Shown piece by piece: positions 12,430 to 23,975 of a DNA stretch of 64,000 nt; position 1 is the stretch's first letter, and each line of letters begins with the position of its first letter. The notes beneath the pieces were generated by a model. That model made no database searches. It was not told the origin of the DNA and saw only the letters and a program-made list of their open reading frames with translations. The position numbers and the translations under genes were made by a program. Where the stretch lies: assembly GCF_963921235.1 (NCBI RefSeq), contig NC_086097.1:85996001-86060000 (forward strand), written 5' to 3'. The stretch comes from Mobula hypostoma. Taxonomy: Eukaryota.

Positions 12430-13640
12430 AACATCCCCTCAAAACTAATCAGTAAGCTCTGAGAGTAGACCATGGCCTCGATACCTGCTTGTGCAATTGA
12501 GTCCTCAATTTCCTCACTTGCAGACCCCAGTCAGTTTGGATTGGCAACAGCTCCTCTATGATCTTCATCAGCAGAGGTGCACCACAAGGTTGTGTGCTTA
12601 GCCCCCTGCGTTACTTGCTTTACACTTATGACTGTCTGGCTAAGCATACCTCCAATGCCATTTTCAAGTTTGCTGATGGGACCACTGTTGTGGGCTGTAT
12701 CAAAGGTGATGATGAATCAGCATATAGGACGGAGGTTGAAAATCTGGCTGACTGGTGCCATAATAACAAACTCTTGCTCAATGTCACCAAGACCAAGGAG
12801 TTGATTATTGATCTTTCGAGAAGGAAACTAGAGGCCCATGAGCAAGTCCTCTAAGATAATCAGAGGTGGAAAGGGTCAGTAACGTTAAATTCCTTGGTGT
12901 TATTAGTTTAGAGAACTTGTCCTGGGCCCAGCACGTTAGTGCAATTATAAAGAAAACACAGCAGCATCTCTAATTCCTCAGGAGTTTTCCAAGATTTGAC
13001 ATGACATCTAAAACTTTGACAAACATCTATACATGTGTAATGAAGAGTATATTGACTGACTGCATCACAGTCTTGTAAGGAAACACCAATGTCCTTGAAT
13101 GGAAAATCCTACAAAAAGTAGTGGATACGGCCCAGTCCATCACAGGTAAAGCCCTCCCCACCACTGAGCTCATCTACAAGAAACCATATTGCAGGAAAGC
13201 AGCATCCATCATCAAGGACACCCTCCATCCAGGGCATGCTATTTTCTCGCTGCTGCCGCCAAGAAAAGGTACAGGAGCTTCAGGACTCACATCACCAGGT
13301 TCACAAACAGTTACTACCCCTGAACCAAAGGGGATAACTTCACTCGCCCCTTCATTAAAATATTCCCACAGCCTAAGGACTCAGTTTCAAGGACTCTTCA
13401 CCTCACGTTCTCAATATTAATGGCTTATTTATTTATTATTATTATTTATTTATTTTGTGTTGGCACAGTCTGTTGTCTTTTACACACTGGTTGAACGCCG
13501 AGTTTTGTGTGGTCCTTCATTGATTCTGTTATGGTTATTATTCTATAGATTTACTGAGTTTGCCTGGAAGAAAATGAATGTCAGGGTTGTATGTAGTGAC
13601 ATATCTAATTTCATAATAAATTACCATTGAACTTTGAACT
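12430..13640 (+). mobile_element. Rex1/Babar-type LINE, 5'-truncated
   Basis: GAPQGCVLSPL..LYTYDC...FKFADGTTVVG (RT) and HPGHAIFSLLP. Ends AATAAA...TGAACTTTGAACT. Confidence 0.8.
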
Positions 13641-15097
13641 ATCGAATACAAGTAATCAGGTATAACTTTACATGGCCCAGTAGACTGAAAGTGGACAGGA
13701 TAGGAAATGAAGGAAGCATATGAGGATCATGTTATGGAAATGCCCTCTTGGCATTACTACCATCTGAAAGGAGATATGGGAGCCTGAAGAACCACAATTA
13801 ATAGTTCAGGGACAGCATATTCCCTTCTGCCACCAGATTTTTGAATGGTTCCTGTCCCCATGAATGCTAACTCTTTATTCCATTTGTCTTGCTCTATTCA
13901 TTAATTTGGCAATTTTTAGTAATTATATATAGTTGTGCTGTGCTGTGTTGTATTATTGGCACTGAACAAAGAATTGGGAACTAACTAACAGGGGAACCCT
14001 TCCATGGCCAGTTGCTGCTGTTGCCAAGGTGTCACAGGAAAAAGTACCTATTTCCTCAATGGTGCAGAGAGTCCTGACACTTTAAGGAGACTCATTGGTG
14101 GGGGGCACAATTGACACCTTCCCCAATATTAAATGAATATCGAAAACTATTTTATTATTGTCTCTAGTTTTCAACAAATGAGAGAAGCAAAGGCTTTATC
14201 TGTTAGTGAAGATGTCCAGGTTTGTCAAGTGTCCCATCTTGTCCTGGTTATTGTTTAAGAGATCTTAAGATCAGCATTTTGGACTGAGGGAAAATTGTCT
14301 TTTCCCCTGCAATACCTGGCTGTACTGATGTGGTGAAATGATACGTATGGACAGCAACGTTTTTTCACTGAGCCTCAGTACATGTGACGACAATAAACCA
14401 GTTATCAATTACCAGATCCTCAGCACTGAGGTAGAAACCCAGACAGATCAACAGCAAAGGTCAGCCCACATGGGAGACACGTGGATGTTAAAAGCAGCTG
14501 TTTCATAGTTGTTTCATAATTGAGGTGGGCACGTATGAAGCAAGACTGAAAAATATTACAGAAGAAAGTAGAAGTTTCTAGAGTGAGAACTGCTAAGGGA
14601 TCTGAAGCAGCACGGAGAGTTGTGTTAAGAAAGTGGCTTCTTTGAGGGGTGTGGGTGACATAAGAGTAAAGCTCGAGTAGTTTGGGAGTAGCCCTTTAAC
14701 CCTAAGATTACACTGTGGCCTCATTACTCACTAACCACAGCTTCAAATGATGCCACTGTCTCCATAAGATGATAAAATATGGTAATTATGGAAGTAAATT
14801 AATCTGAAGCTGTTAGATCATAATTACATGAATTATAAGAGGGTCGTAATAAGGGTTTCATTATACTTTAGGCAGTATTTTAAAGTTGGTGCACTCAGTG
14901 ATTGATTAGGCAGCAGCTGCAGCATTGTGGTGAATGTAGAGTTTCCATTTGGAAACAACTAATTCAGTGCTTTGAATCTACAGTGCACTGGAACACAGCA
15001 ATGGAATGAGTAGATCTGCTTTCAATTTAGTGTGGTGGAAGAAATGTACCCACCCGATTTCCAATGGATAGACCATATTTGTATATACCATACTCTA

Positions 15098-15354
15098 TGA
15101 GGAGTAACATGAGGGGGAACTTCTTTACTCAGAGAGTGGTAGCTGTGTGGAACGAGCTTCCAGCAGAAGTGGTTGAGGCAGGATCGATGTTGTCGTTTAA
15201 AGTTAAATTGGATAGATATATGGACAGGAAAGGAATGGAGGGTTATGGGCTGAGTGCAGGTCGGTGGGACTAGGAGAGAGTAAGAGTTCGGCACGGACTA
15301 AAAGGACTGAGATGGCCTGTTTCCGTGCTGTAATTGTTATATGGTTATATGGTT
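15098..15354 (+). mobile_element. CR1 LINE 3' end
   Basis: NFFTQRVVAVWNELP...GYG, (GTTATATG)n tail, 8-bp TSD ATACTCTA (15090-15097 / 15355-15362). Same subfamily as 34075-35285. Confidence 0.88.
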
Positions 15355-15719
15355 ATACTCTAACTTAAGAGTCATCAAATCATACAGCACCAAAACGGGC
15401 TCTTCAGCCCACCAAGTCTGCACTGACCATCCAGCATCCATTTTCATTAATACCTTTATTCTCCCTTATTTCTGATCAACTTCCTCCAGATTCTTCCTTA
15501 CACCTTTCCTCACCTACACAATAGGATAATTCACTATGGCCAATTAATCCCATGGTTTTGAAGAAGATTAAAACGTTTTTAGTTTTCATGTATTAACTTA
15601 AGGATGGCTGCCACATGACTAAGCTGCCATTTAAATCCAATGATTACAAATTGTCACCAACCATTTATTTCCTTGCCATCCTCCATGAAAAGTCTGGTAG
15701 TAACTGGGTATGCTTCCTG

Positions 15720-16115
15720 CTGCCTTGGTAAAGGAACCAGCATAATCAAAGACCCCACGGGCCTGGACATTCTGTCTTCTCCCTCCAAATCAAACAGAAG
15801 ATACAAAAGCCTGAACGAACATAGTGCCACCCTCACGGACAGTTTCTATCCCACTATTATAAAGCTATTGAATGCTTCCCTAGTACAGTATGACAGACTA
15901 TGGACCTCACAATCTACCTGTTCATGGCCTTGTACTTTATTGTCTACCTGCACTGCACTTTCTCTGTAACTGTAACACTTTATTCTGCACTCTGTTACTG
16001 CTTTACCTTCTACTTCCCCCATTCTCTATTGTAATGTAACGGCCCGTATGAATGTTATGCCAGACAAGTTTTTCACTGTACTTTGGTACATATGACAATA
16101 ATAAACCAATTTACC
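15720..16115 (+). mobile_element. Rex1/Babar-type LINE 3' end
   Basis: SIIKDPT...RRYKSL...DSFYPTIIKLLN, followed by a 3' UTR ending AATAAACCAATTTACCAAT. Confidence 0.7.
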
Positions 16116-16169
16116 AATTTTCAATTATGCTCCAACTCCTTATCTCCACTAACTGTGGCAATAGTTTCT

Positions 16170-17040
16170 GTCATTGGTATTGGGTTATTATTGCCACATG
16201 TACCAAGATACAGTGAAAAGCTTGTCTTGTGTACTGTCCATGCTGATCAGATCATTACACAGTGTACTGAGGTAGAACAAGATAAAGCAATGACAATGTA
16301 GAATAAAGGTAACAGCTACTGAGAAAGTGCAGTGGCACAAATAATAAGGATCAAGATCACAATGAGATAGACTGTGAGGTCAAGAGTTCATCTTATACAA
16401 GATCTGATAACGGGGATAGAAGCTCTCTTTGAGCCTGGTAATATGTGCTTTTAGGTATTTGGAACTTCTGCCTGGCAGGAGAGGGGAGAAGAGGGAAGGT
16501 ATGGGATAGGTAGAGTCCTTGATTATGCTGGCTGCTTTACTGATGCAGTGAAAAGCATTGTCAGAGTCCATGGGGTGAGGGTAGGAGGAGACTGGTTCTG
16601 TGAGGTTCACAACTCTCTTCAGTTTTTTGCAGTCATGTTCAGTGCAGTTATCATACCAAGTCATTATACATCCAGATAGGAAGATTTCTGGGATGCATCA
16701 ATAAAAATTGGCAAGGGACAACAGCAACATGACAATTTCTTTAGCCTTCTGAAGTAGGAGAGGTGCGGGTGAACTTTCTTAGCCATGGCATCAACACGGT
16801 TAGACCAGGGCAAGTTATTAGTGATGTTCACTGCAAGGGATTTGAAGCTCTCAACGTTCTCAGCCTCAGCACCATTGATGCATGTACACTGTCTGTCCCT
16901 TGCTGAAGTCGATGAGATGTTCTTTTGTTGACAGTGAGCGAGAGGTTGTTGTCATGACACCATGTCACTAAGCTTTCTTTTTACTTCCTGTACTCTGACT
17001 CATTGCTATTTGAGATGTGGCCTATTACTGTGGTAATCAT
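16170..17040 (-). mobile_element. Rex1/Babar-type LINE 3' fragment
   Basis: ORF 16380-16664(-) reads WYDNC...KKLKRVVN...KAASIIKDSTYP..SLFSPLLPGR. Confidence 0.7.
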
Positions 17041-18156
17041 GGAAGCATCGTGTACAGAAAAGCTCTGTTAATCTACTGTCTGACTATTTGGAAATCCCAC
17101 TGGTTTGGTATCTAGCATGCCAGGTGATATTTGTTGAACTCTTTTCACTGGGGCTCTGGTTCCTGAGATCCATTTATACTGATCAGATCCCTATTTGCCA
17201 TGCTCCCTTTAAACATATAAGGGTTACTGGAACATTTGTTAGAATATTTTTAAAGTATTGTACATATTAAAATATATGGTATGTTTCTATAGTGTACCTT
17301 AAGTACTATAGATTAATGTAGTACATTAGAATAATCATTTTAACAGGAACATTAAACATGCCTAAGGGTATTAACAATAGGCCAGATAATCTGGCAGTCT
17401 GGCACCAACAAAACTCGAACTATGCTGGGATTATTGGAGTTTCATTGCATTGCTATCTATTGTGTTGTGGGTAGGGTGGTTACGTGAGAAAGCAAGATCA
17501 GCGAGTGGCTATTGTGACTTTATTATGAAGGTAGAGATTCAGAGGAGAGCATGATGAATTAAGATAGAGGTTCACATTGCTGAGATTGAGGACACTTGCA
17601 ACAAGAGTTGAGGGAAGAAAACAGTTAAGATAACTTGGGATTTTGTTTTGGATCCTTCAATGAGAGGCTGTTACTTGAGGGGTGAGATGCTGTAAGAAGG
17701 AGAAAGCATCTGAGTGGTCAGCAGTAGTTGGGTAATTACAGTCCCACCACTTCAGTGACTGTTGCCAGTTCTGTAACACTTCACTTTACCATGTCTGTCT
17801 TTCATGTGTGAGTCCCCCTGTTCATTACTGAACAGTAATAATATTTAGGTGGTGCAGTGGTAGAGTTGTCAGTGTGGAATTCACACATTCTCTCTATTAA
17901 TCATATGGGTTTGCTTCCACGACCTAAAGATGTGCAGGTTGCCCATAGGAAATATGTAGTGAGTGATGGGATGTATGGAGAGTTATTGGAAGTATGGAGC
18001 AGAAGTGTTAGAGGGAAAATTAATGGAGTTGTGAACTGTTATTGATGGCTCAATGGGACAAAAATGGCTCCCACTAGAGTGTAAAGAAATATGGAATGGA
18101 ATCTTGCTGGGGCAATGATAGAGTAGAGTAAGAGCAGGCTTCATTTGTGGGGAATT

Positions 18157-21100
18157 TATTTATTTATTTATTTAGAGCTACAATGTGAAATAGGCCTTTC
18201 CGGCCCTTTAAGCTGCGCTGCCTAGCAATCTCCAACAAGAACCGGAATGACAGAGCGGAGGAAGGGGAAAACAGAAATAAATCTAAGATAGTGAGCAGTA
18301 AAGATGTCAGGAAAGACAGGCAGGTGATGGGGCAAATTTGTAGCCATTGGGATGAGTTGCAGTGCGATAAAGTTGCAGTGAAATCAAAACGAAAAGTACC
18401 AAATACTGGTCTTAAGGTGTTATACTTAAATGCACGCAGCATAAGGAATAAGGTGGATGATCTTGTCGTACAGCTACAGATTGGCAGGTATGATATTGTG
18501 GCCATCACTGAGACCTGGCTAAAGGATGCATGTCTCTGGGAGCTGAACGTCCAAGGATACACAGTGTATCGGAAGGATGGGAAGGTAGGCAGAGGGGGAG
18601 GCGTGGCTTTATTGGTAAGAAATGATATTAAATCATTAGAAAGAGGTGATATAGGATCGGAAGGTGCAGAATCTTTATGGGTTGAGCTAAGAAATTGCAG
18701 GGGTAAAAGGACCCTGATGGCAATTAGTAATAGGCCTCCAAACAGCTGCAGGGATGTGGACTACAAATTACAACAGGAAATAGAAAAGGCTTGTCAGAAG
18801 GGCAGTGTTATGATAATTGTGGAGGCTTTTAACATGCGAGTGGATTGGGAAAATCAGGTCGGCACTGGATCTCAAGGGAGAGAATTTGTAGAATGTCTGC
18901 GAGATGGCTTTTTAGAACAGCTTGTTGTTGAGCCTACTAGGGGATCGGCTGTACTGGATTGGGTATTGTGTAATGAACCGGAGGTGATTAGAGAGATTGA
19001 AGTGAAGGAACCCTTAGGAGGCAGTGATCATAACATGATTGAGTTCACTGTGAAATTAGAAAAGGAGAAGCTGAAATCTGATGTGTCGGTATTTCAGTCG
19101 AGTAAAGGAAATTACAGTGGCATGAGAGAGGAACTGGCCAAAGTTGTCACTGGCGAGAAAGACGGCAGAGCAGCAGTGGCTGGAGTTTATGCGAGAAATG
19201 AGGAATGTGCAAGACAGGTATATTCCAAAAAAGAAGAAATTTTCGAATAGAAAAAGGATGCAACCGTGGTTGACAAGAGAAGTCAAAGCCAAAGTTAAAG
19301 CAAAGGAGAGGGCATACAAGGAAGCAAAAATTAGTGGGAAGACAGAGGATTGAAAAGTTTTTAAAACCTTACAAAAGGAAACCAAGAAGGTCATTAAGAG
19401 GGAAAAGATTAACTATGAAAGGAAGCTAGCAAATAATATCAAAGAGGATACTAAAAGCTTTTTCAAGTATATGAAGAGTAAAAGACAGGTGAGAGTAGAT
19501 ATAGGACCAATAGAAAATGATGCTGGAGAAATTGTAATGGGAGATAAGGAGATGGCAGAGGAACTGAACGAGTATTTTGCATCAGTCTTCACTGAGGAAG
19601 ACATCAGAAGTATACCGGACACTCAAGGGTGTCAGGGAAGAGAAGTGTGCGCAGTCACAGTTATGACAGAGAAAGTACGCAGGAAGCTGAATAGTCTAAA
19701 GGTAGATAAATCTCCTGGACCAGATGGAATGCACCCTCATGTTCTGAAGGAAGTAGCTGTGGAGATTGCGGAGGCATTAGCAATGATCTTTCAAAAGTCG
19801 ATAGATTCTGGCATGGTTCCGGAAGACTGGAAGATTGCAAATGTCACTCCGCTATTTAAGAAGGGGGCAAGGAAGCAAAAAGGAAATTATAGACCTGTTA
19901 GCTTGACATCGGTGGTTGGGAAGTTGTTGGAGTCGATTGTCAAGGATGAGGTTACAGAGTACCTGGAGGCATATGACAAGATAGGCAGAACTCAGTATGG
20001 ATTCCTTAAAGAAAAATCCTGCTTGACAAACCTATTGCAATTTTTTGAGGAAATTACCAGTAGGCTAGACAAGGGAGATGCAGTAGATGTTGTATATTTG
20101 GATTTTCAGAAGGCCTTTGACAAGGTGCCACACATGAGGCTACTTAACAGGATAAGAGCCCATGGAGTTACGGGAAAGTTACATACGTGGATAGAGCGTT
20201 GGCTGATTGGCAGGAAACAGAGAGTGGGAATAAAGGGATCCTATTCTGGTTGGCTGCTGGTTACCAGAGGTGTTCCACAGGGGTCCGTGTTGGGGCCGAT
20301 TCTTTTTACGTTGTACATCAACGATTTGGATTATGGAATAGATGGCTTTGTGGCTAAGTTTGCTGATGATATGAAGATAGGTGGAGGGGCCGGTAGTGCT
20401 GAGGAAACGGAGAGTCTTCAGAGAGACTTGGATAGATTGGAAGAATGGGCAGAGAAGTGGCAAATGAAGTACAATGTTGGAAAGTGTATGGTTATGCACT
20501 TTGGCAGAAAAAATAAATGGGCAGACTATTATTTAAATGGGGAAAGAATTCAAAGTTCTGAGATGCAACGGGACTTGGGATTCCTTGTACAGGATACCCT
20601 TAAAGTTAACCTCCAGGCTGAGTCAGTAGTGAAGAAGGCGAATGCAATGTTGGCATTCATTTCTAGAGGAATAGAGTATAGGAGCAGGGATGTGATGTTG
20701 AGGCTCTATAAGGCACTGGTGAGACCTCACTTGGAGTACTGTGAGCAGTTTTGGTCTCCTTATTTAAGAAAGGATGTGCTGATGTTGGAGAGGGTACAGA
20801 GAAGATTCACTAGTATGATTCATGGAATGAGAGGGTTAACATATGAGGAACGTTTGTCTGCTCTTGGACTTCATTCCTTGGAGTTTAGAAGAATGAGGGG
20901 AGACCTCATAGAAACATTTCGAATGTTGAAAGGCATGGACAGAGTGGATGTGGCAAAGTTGTTTCCCATGATGGGGGAGTCTGGTACGAGAGGGCATGAC
21001 TTAAGGATTGAAGGGCGCCCATTCAGAACAGAAATGCAAAGAAATTTTTTTAGTCAGAGGGTGGTGAATCTATGGAATTTGTTGCCATGGGCGGCAGTGG

Positions 21101-21478
21101 AGGCCGAGTCATTGGGTGTATTTAAGGCAGAGATTGATAGGTATCTGAGTAGCCAGGGCATCAAAGGTTATGGTGATAAGGCAGGGGAGTGGGACTAAAT
21201 GGGAGAATGGATCAGCTCATGATAAAATGGCGGAGCAGACTCGATGGGCCGAATGGCTGACTTCTGCTCCTTTGTCTTATGGTCTTATGGTTTAACCATA
21301 GCCTAATCTCAGGACAGTTTACAATGACTGTGGGAGGAAACCAGTGCAACTGGAGAAAACCCATGCATTCAGTGGGGAAGACATACAAACTCCTTACAGA
21401 GCTCGCCGGGATTGAACTCCAACTCCAAACTGCAATGTCCTGAGCAGTCATAGCATAGCACTAGCTGCTATGGCGCCC
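18157..21478 (-). mobile_element. V-SINE split by a CR1 insertion (pieces 18157-18235 and 21291-21478)
   Basis: The two pieces join into the reverse complement of the SINE at 9252-9462 (...GCAATCTCC | TTTAACCATAGCC...). Confidence 0.7.
18236..21290 (+). mobile_element. CR1 LINE, nearly complete ORF2 (APE endonuclease + reverse transcriptase)
   Basis: 18291-19250 has YLNARSIRNK, ITETWL, LDWVL, GSDHNMI (APE). 19471-21198 has KSPGPDG, NYRPVSLTS, YLDFQKAFD, GVPQGSVLGP, FADD (RT). One frameshift near 19145 and a stop at 19351-19353. (TCTTATGG)n tail. Confidence 0.95.
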
Positions 21479-21859
21479 TTAGACCTGAAAAGAGTGGAGA
21501 AATTGGTGTTCATCTTCCATTATCCTCTGTGATAAAGAATGGGTCCTGGTAAATGGAAGGCGACATAGTAACTCCACTACTTTAAAAGGGAGGAAGAAGA
21601 AAATGGGTAACCACAGCCTGATTAACCAAGGAGATACAATGTTGCAATCTGTTATAAAGGATAATAGGACCAGTAGGATGGCGAACTACATAGGTGTTTC
21701 GGTCACTGGCTCTTACTGGTCAGTGCATTGAGTAAAAGAGGTGGGATGTCATAGAACATAGAACAGTACAGCACAGGACCAGGCCTTTTGTATCAAGTGG
21801 CTTACTAAACCTATCTCTTCTGCCTACACAATACCCATATCATTCGATTTTCCTCAGAT

Positions 21860-22335
21860 TCACATGTTATAGATGTAGAAGTCATTAGTGAGACTATACG
21901 CAGTATTTTCTGCCGTTCTGTTCTCATTGCTATGGGAAGGATGTCATTGTGCTGGAAAGAATGCAAAAAGAGATTCACAAGAATATCGCTGGGACTGGAA
22001 GGCTCGAGTTGTGAAGAGGGACTGAAAACGGAGGGGCTCTTTTCTCTGGAGTGTAGCAGCGGAGGGCTTGCGGCTTAGATAAGATGAATAACCACAGAAA
22101 CTACACAGCATAGGTTTAAGCTGAGAGGGGAAAGATTTAAAAGGGACTGGAAGGTCTTGTTTTTCATACATGTGGTGATGGGTATATGAAACAAGCTGCC
22201 AGAGGAAGTGGTAGAAGCAGGTATGTTTAAAAGCATTTAGATATGCACAGAGGTGGATAGGAAAGGTTAAGAGAGATACGAACCATATGCAGGCAAATGG
22301 GATTAGCTCATGTCGGCAACTTGATTGGGATGGGT
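21860..22335 (+). mobile_element. Degraded CR1 3' fragment
   Basis: Remnants of KD...LERMQKRFTR and FF..RVV..WN.LP, with many disablements. Confidence 0.55.
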
Positions 22336-23230
22336 GAATTCCTCAGGGTAGTATCCGAGGCCCAATTATCTTCAGCTGTTTCATCAATGAACTTCCTTTA
22401 ATCGCAAGGTCAGAAGTAGGAACTTCTGCCGATCACTGCACAATTCTCAGCACCATTTTGTGACTGTTCAGATAATGAAACAGTCCACATTCAAATGCGG
22501 TAGGCCGAGCTGACGGGTGGTAAGGAACATTCGCAACACGCAAGTGCCAGGCACTGCCCAAGCTCAACAAGAGAAAATGCAGCAGATATCAATGGCGTTA
22601 CATCTCTCAATCCCCCACTATCAATATCTTGAAGGGTTACCATTGATGAGAAGCTGAACTGGAGTGACCATAAACCCAATGTGGCTGCAAGAGGCTAGGA
22701 ATCCTGTGGCAAGTTAATCACCTCCAACCACCACAAAATATGTCTACCATCTGCAAGGCTTAAGCCAGGAGTGTGATGGATAAATGCAACTTCAATAGCA
22801 CTCACAAAGCTCAGTGCCATGCAGAACACAGCCACCCACTTGTTAGGCACCCCATATGCAACCATTTACTCATCCCTCCACCACACAGTAGCAGCAGATA
22901 GTAACATCTACAGGGTGTACGGCAGAAACTTGCTAGGCCTGTTTAGGCAGCACCCTCCAAATCCATGACCCCTACCACCTAGAAGGGCAAACGGTTAGCA
23001 AAAGAATGGGAACAATACCACCTCAGAGTTTCCCTCCAGTTCATACTCCATGCTCACTTGAAATCCATTGACGTTCACATTGCCGTGTTAAAATCATGGA
23101 ACTCTTCCCTAAAACACTGTTGATCTGCCCAAATCTCAGGGACAGCAGTGGTTCAAGAACACCGCCACCACCTTCCTAAATGCAGGTAAGGATGGGCAAG
23201 TAAGTACTGGCTCTGACCGAGAATCCACGT
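22335..23230 (+). mobile_element. Old L2/CR1-clade LINE 3' fragment
   Basis: PQGSI.GPIIFSCFINEL...SEVG...AD RT remnants. 3' tail CAGCAGTGGTTCAAGAA..CACCACCTTC..GGATGGGCAA..CTGGC, of the type shared with Deu-SINE tails. Confidence 0.55.
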
Positions 23231-23349
23231 TAAAGTTAGGCCAAAGAGCTTGTTTTTCTCTGTGTAACTCGATTATAGATTGGGAAATGTTGAAGTATAA
23301 CTGAAGGAGTGAATGAAGTATAAATCTGGTTGTTGTAGTCTTTGAATGT

Positions 23350-23975
23350 AAACACACCGTTGAAGCTGGCAGTTAAGAAGGAAATTAGCACACCGGCCTT
23401 CATGAAAGAGGTTTCGAGAACGAGAGAAAGTTGCCTTACTTCAGTTATGTAGAATCTCGGTGAAAGTAACCATGAGAACTGTGTAGATTTTTCGTGTGTG
23501 TTGCATGAGTACTGTGTGCTGTTTTGGTCTCTTTATCTAAACAAAAGTTCATCAGATTGATTCCCAGATTGATCTAACTTCTGTATGAGGAAACATTGAG
23601 TTGACTAGGTCTGAATTCAATAGAGTTTAGAAGAATGAGAGAAGATCTCATTGAAATATGTATAATTTGTGCATGGCTTCAGAGGTTGGTTGCTGAGAGG
23701 GGGTCTAGAATGAGGAGTAAAAGTCTCAGCAAGTGGAGAAAGATATTTAAGACACAGATGAAACCTTCATTCAGAAGGTGAGAAGCTGTAGTATTTTCAA
23801 CCACAAAAGGCTGGTGGAAGCCAAGTTACTGAATATATTTAAAAAGATGATATATTTTACAAAATATATCAAGGAGTAGAGGGAGAGAACAGGAATATAG
23901 CATTGTGTAAGGGTCAGCTATGATTGTATTGAATGGTGAAGCATGCTTGAAGAGCCAAGCACCCCACTTGTGTTC
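23350..23975 (+). mobile_element. Degraded CR1 3' fragment
   Basis: GAGTACTGTGTGCTGTTTTGGTCTC, TAGAGTTTAGAAGAATGAGAGAAGATCTCATTGAAA and a CR1-like 3' UTR. Confidence 0.6.

Noticed and set aside
19471..21198. 575-aa ORF as a domesticated or host reverse transcriptase
   Set aside because: It is ordinary CR1 ORF2 with an upstream frameshift and stop, a CR1 tail, and several paralogous decayed copies in the same window.
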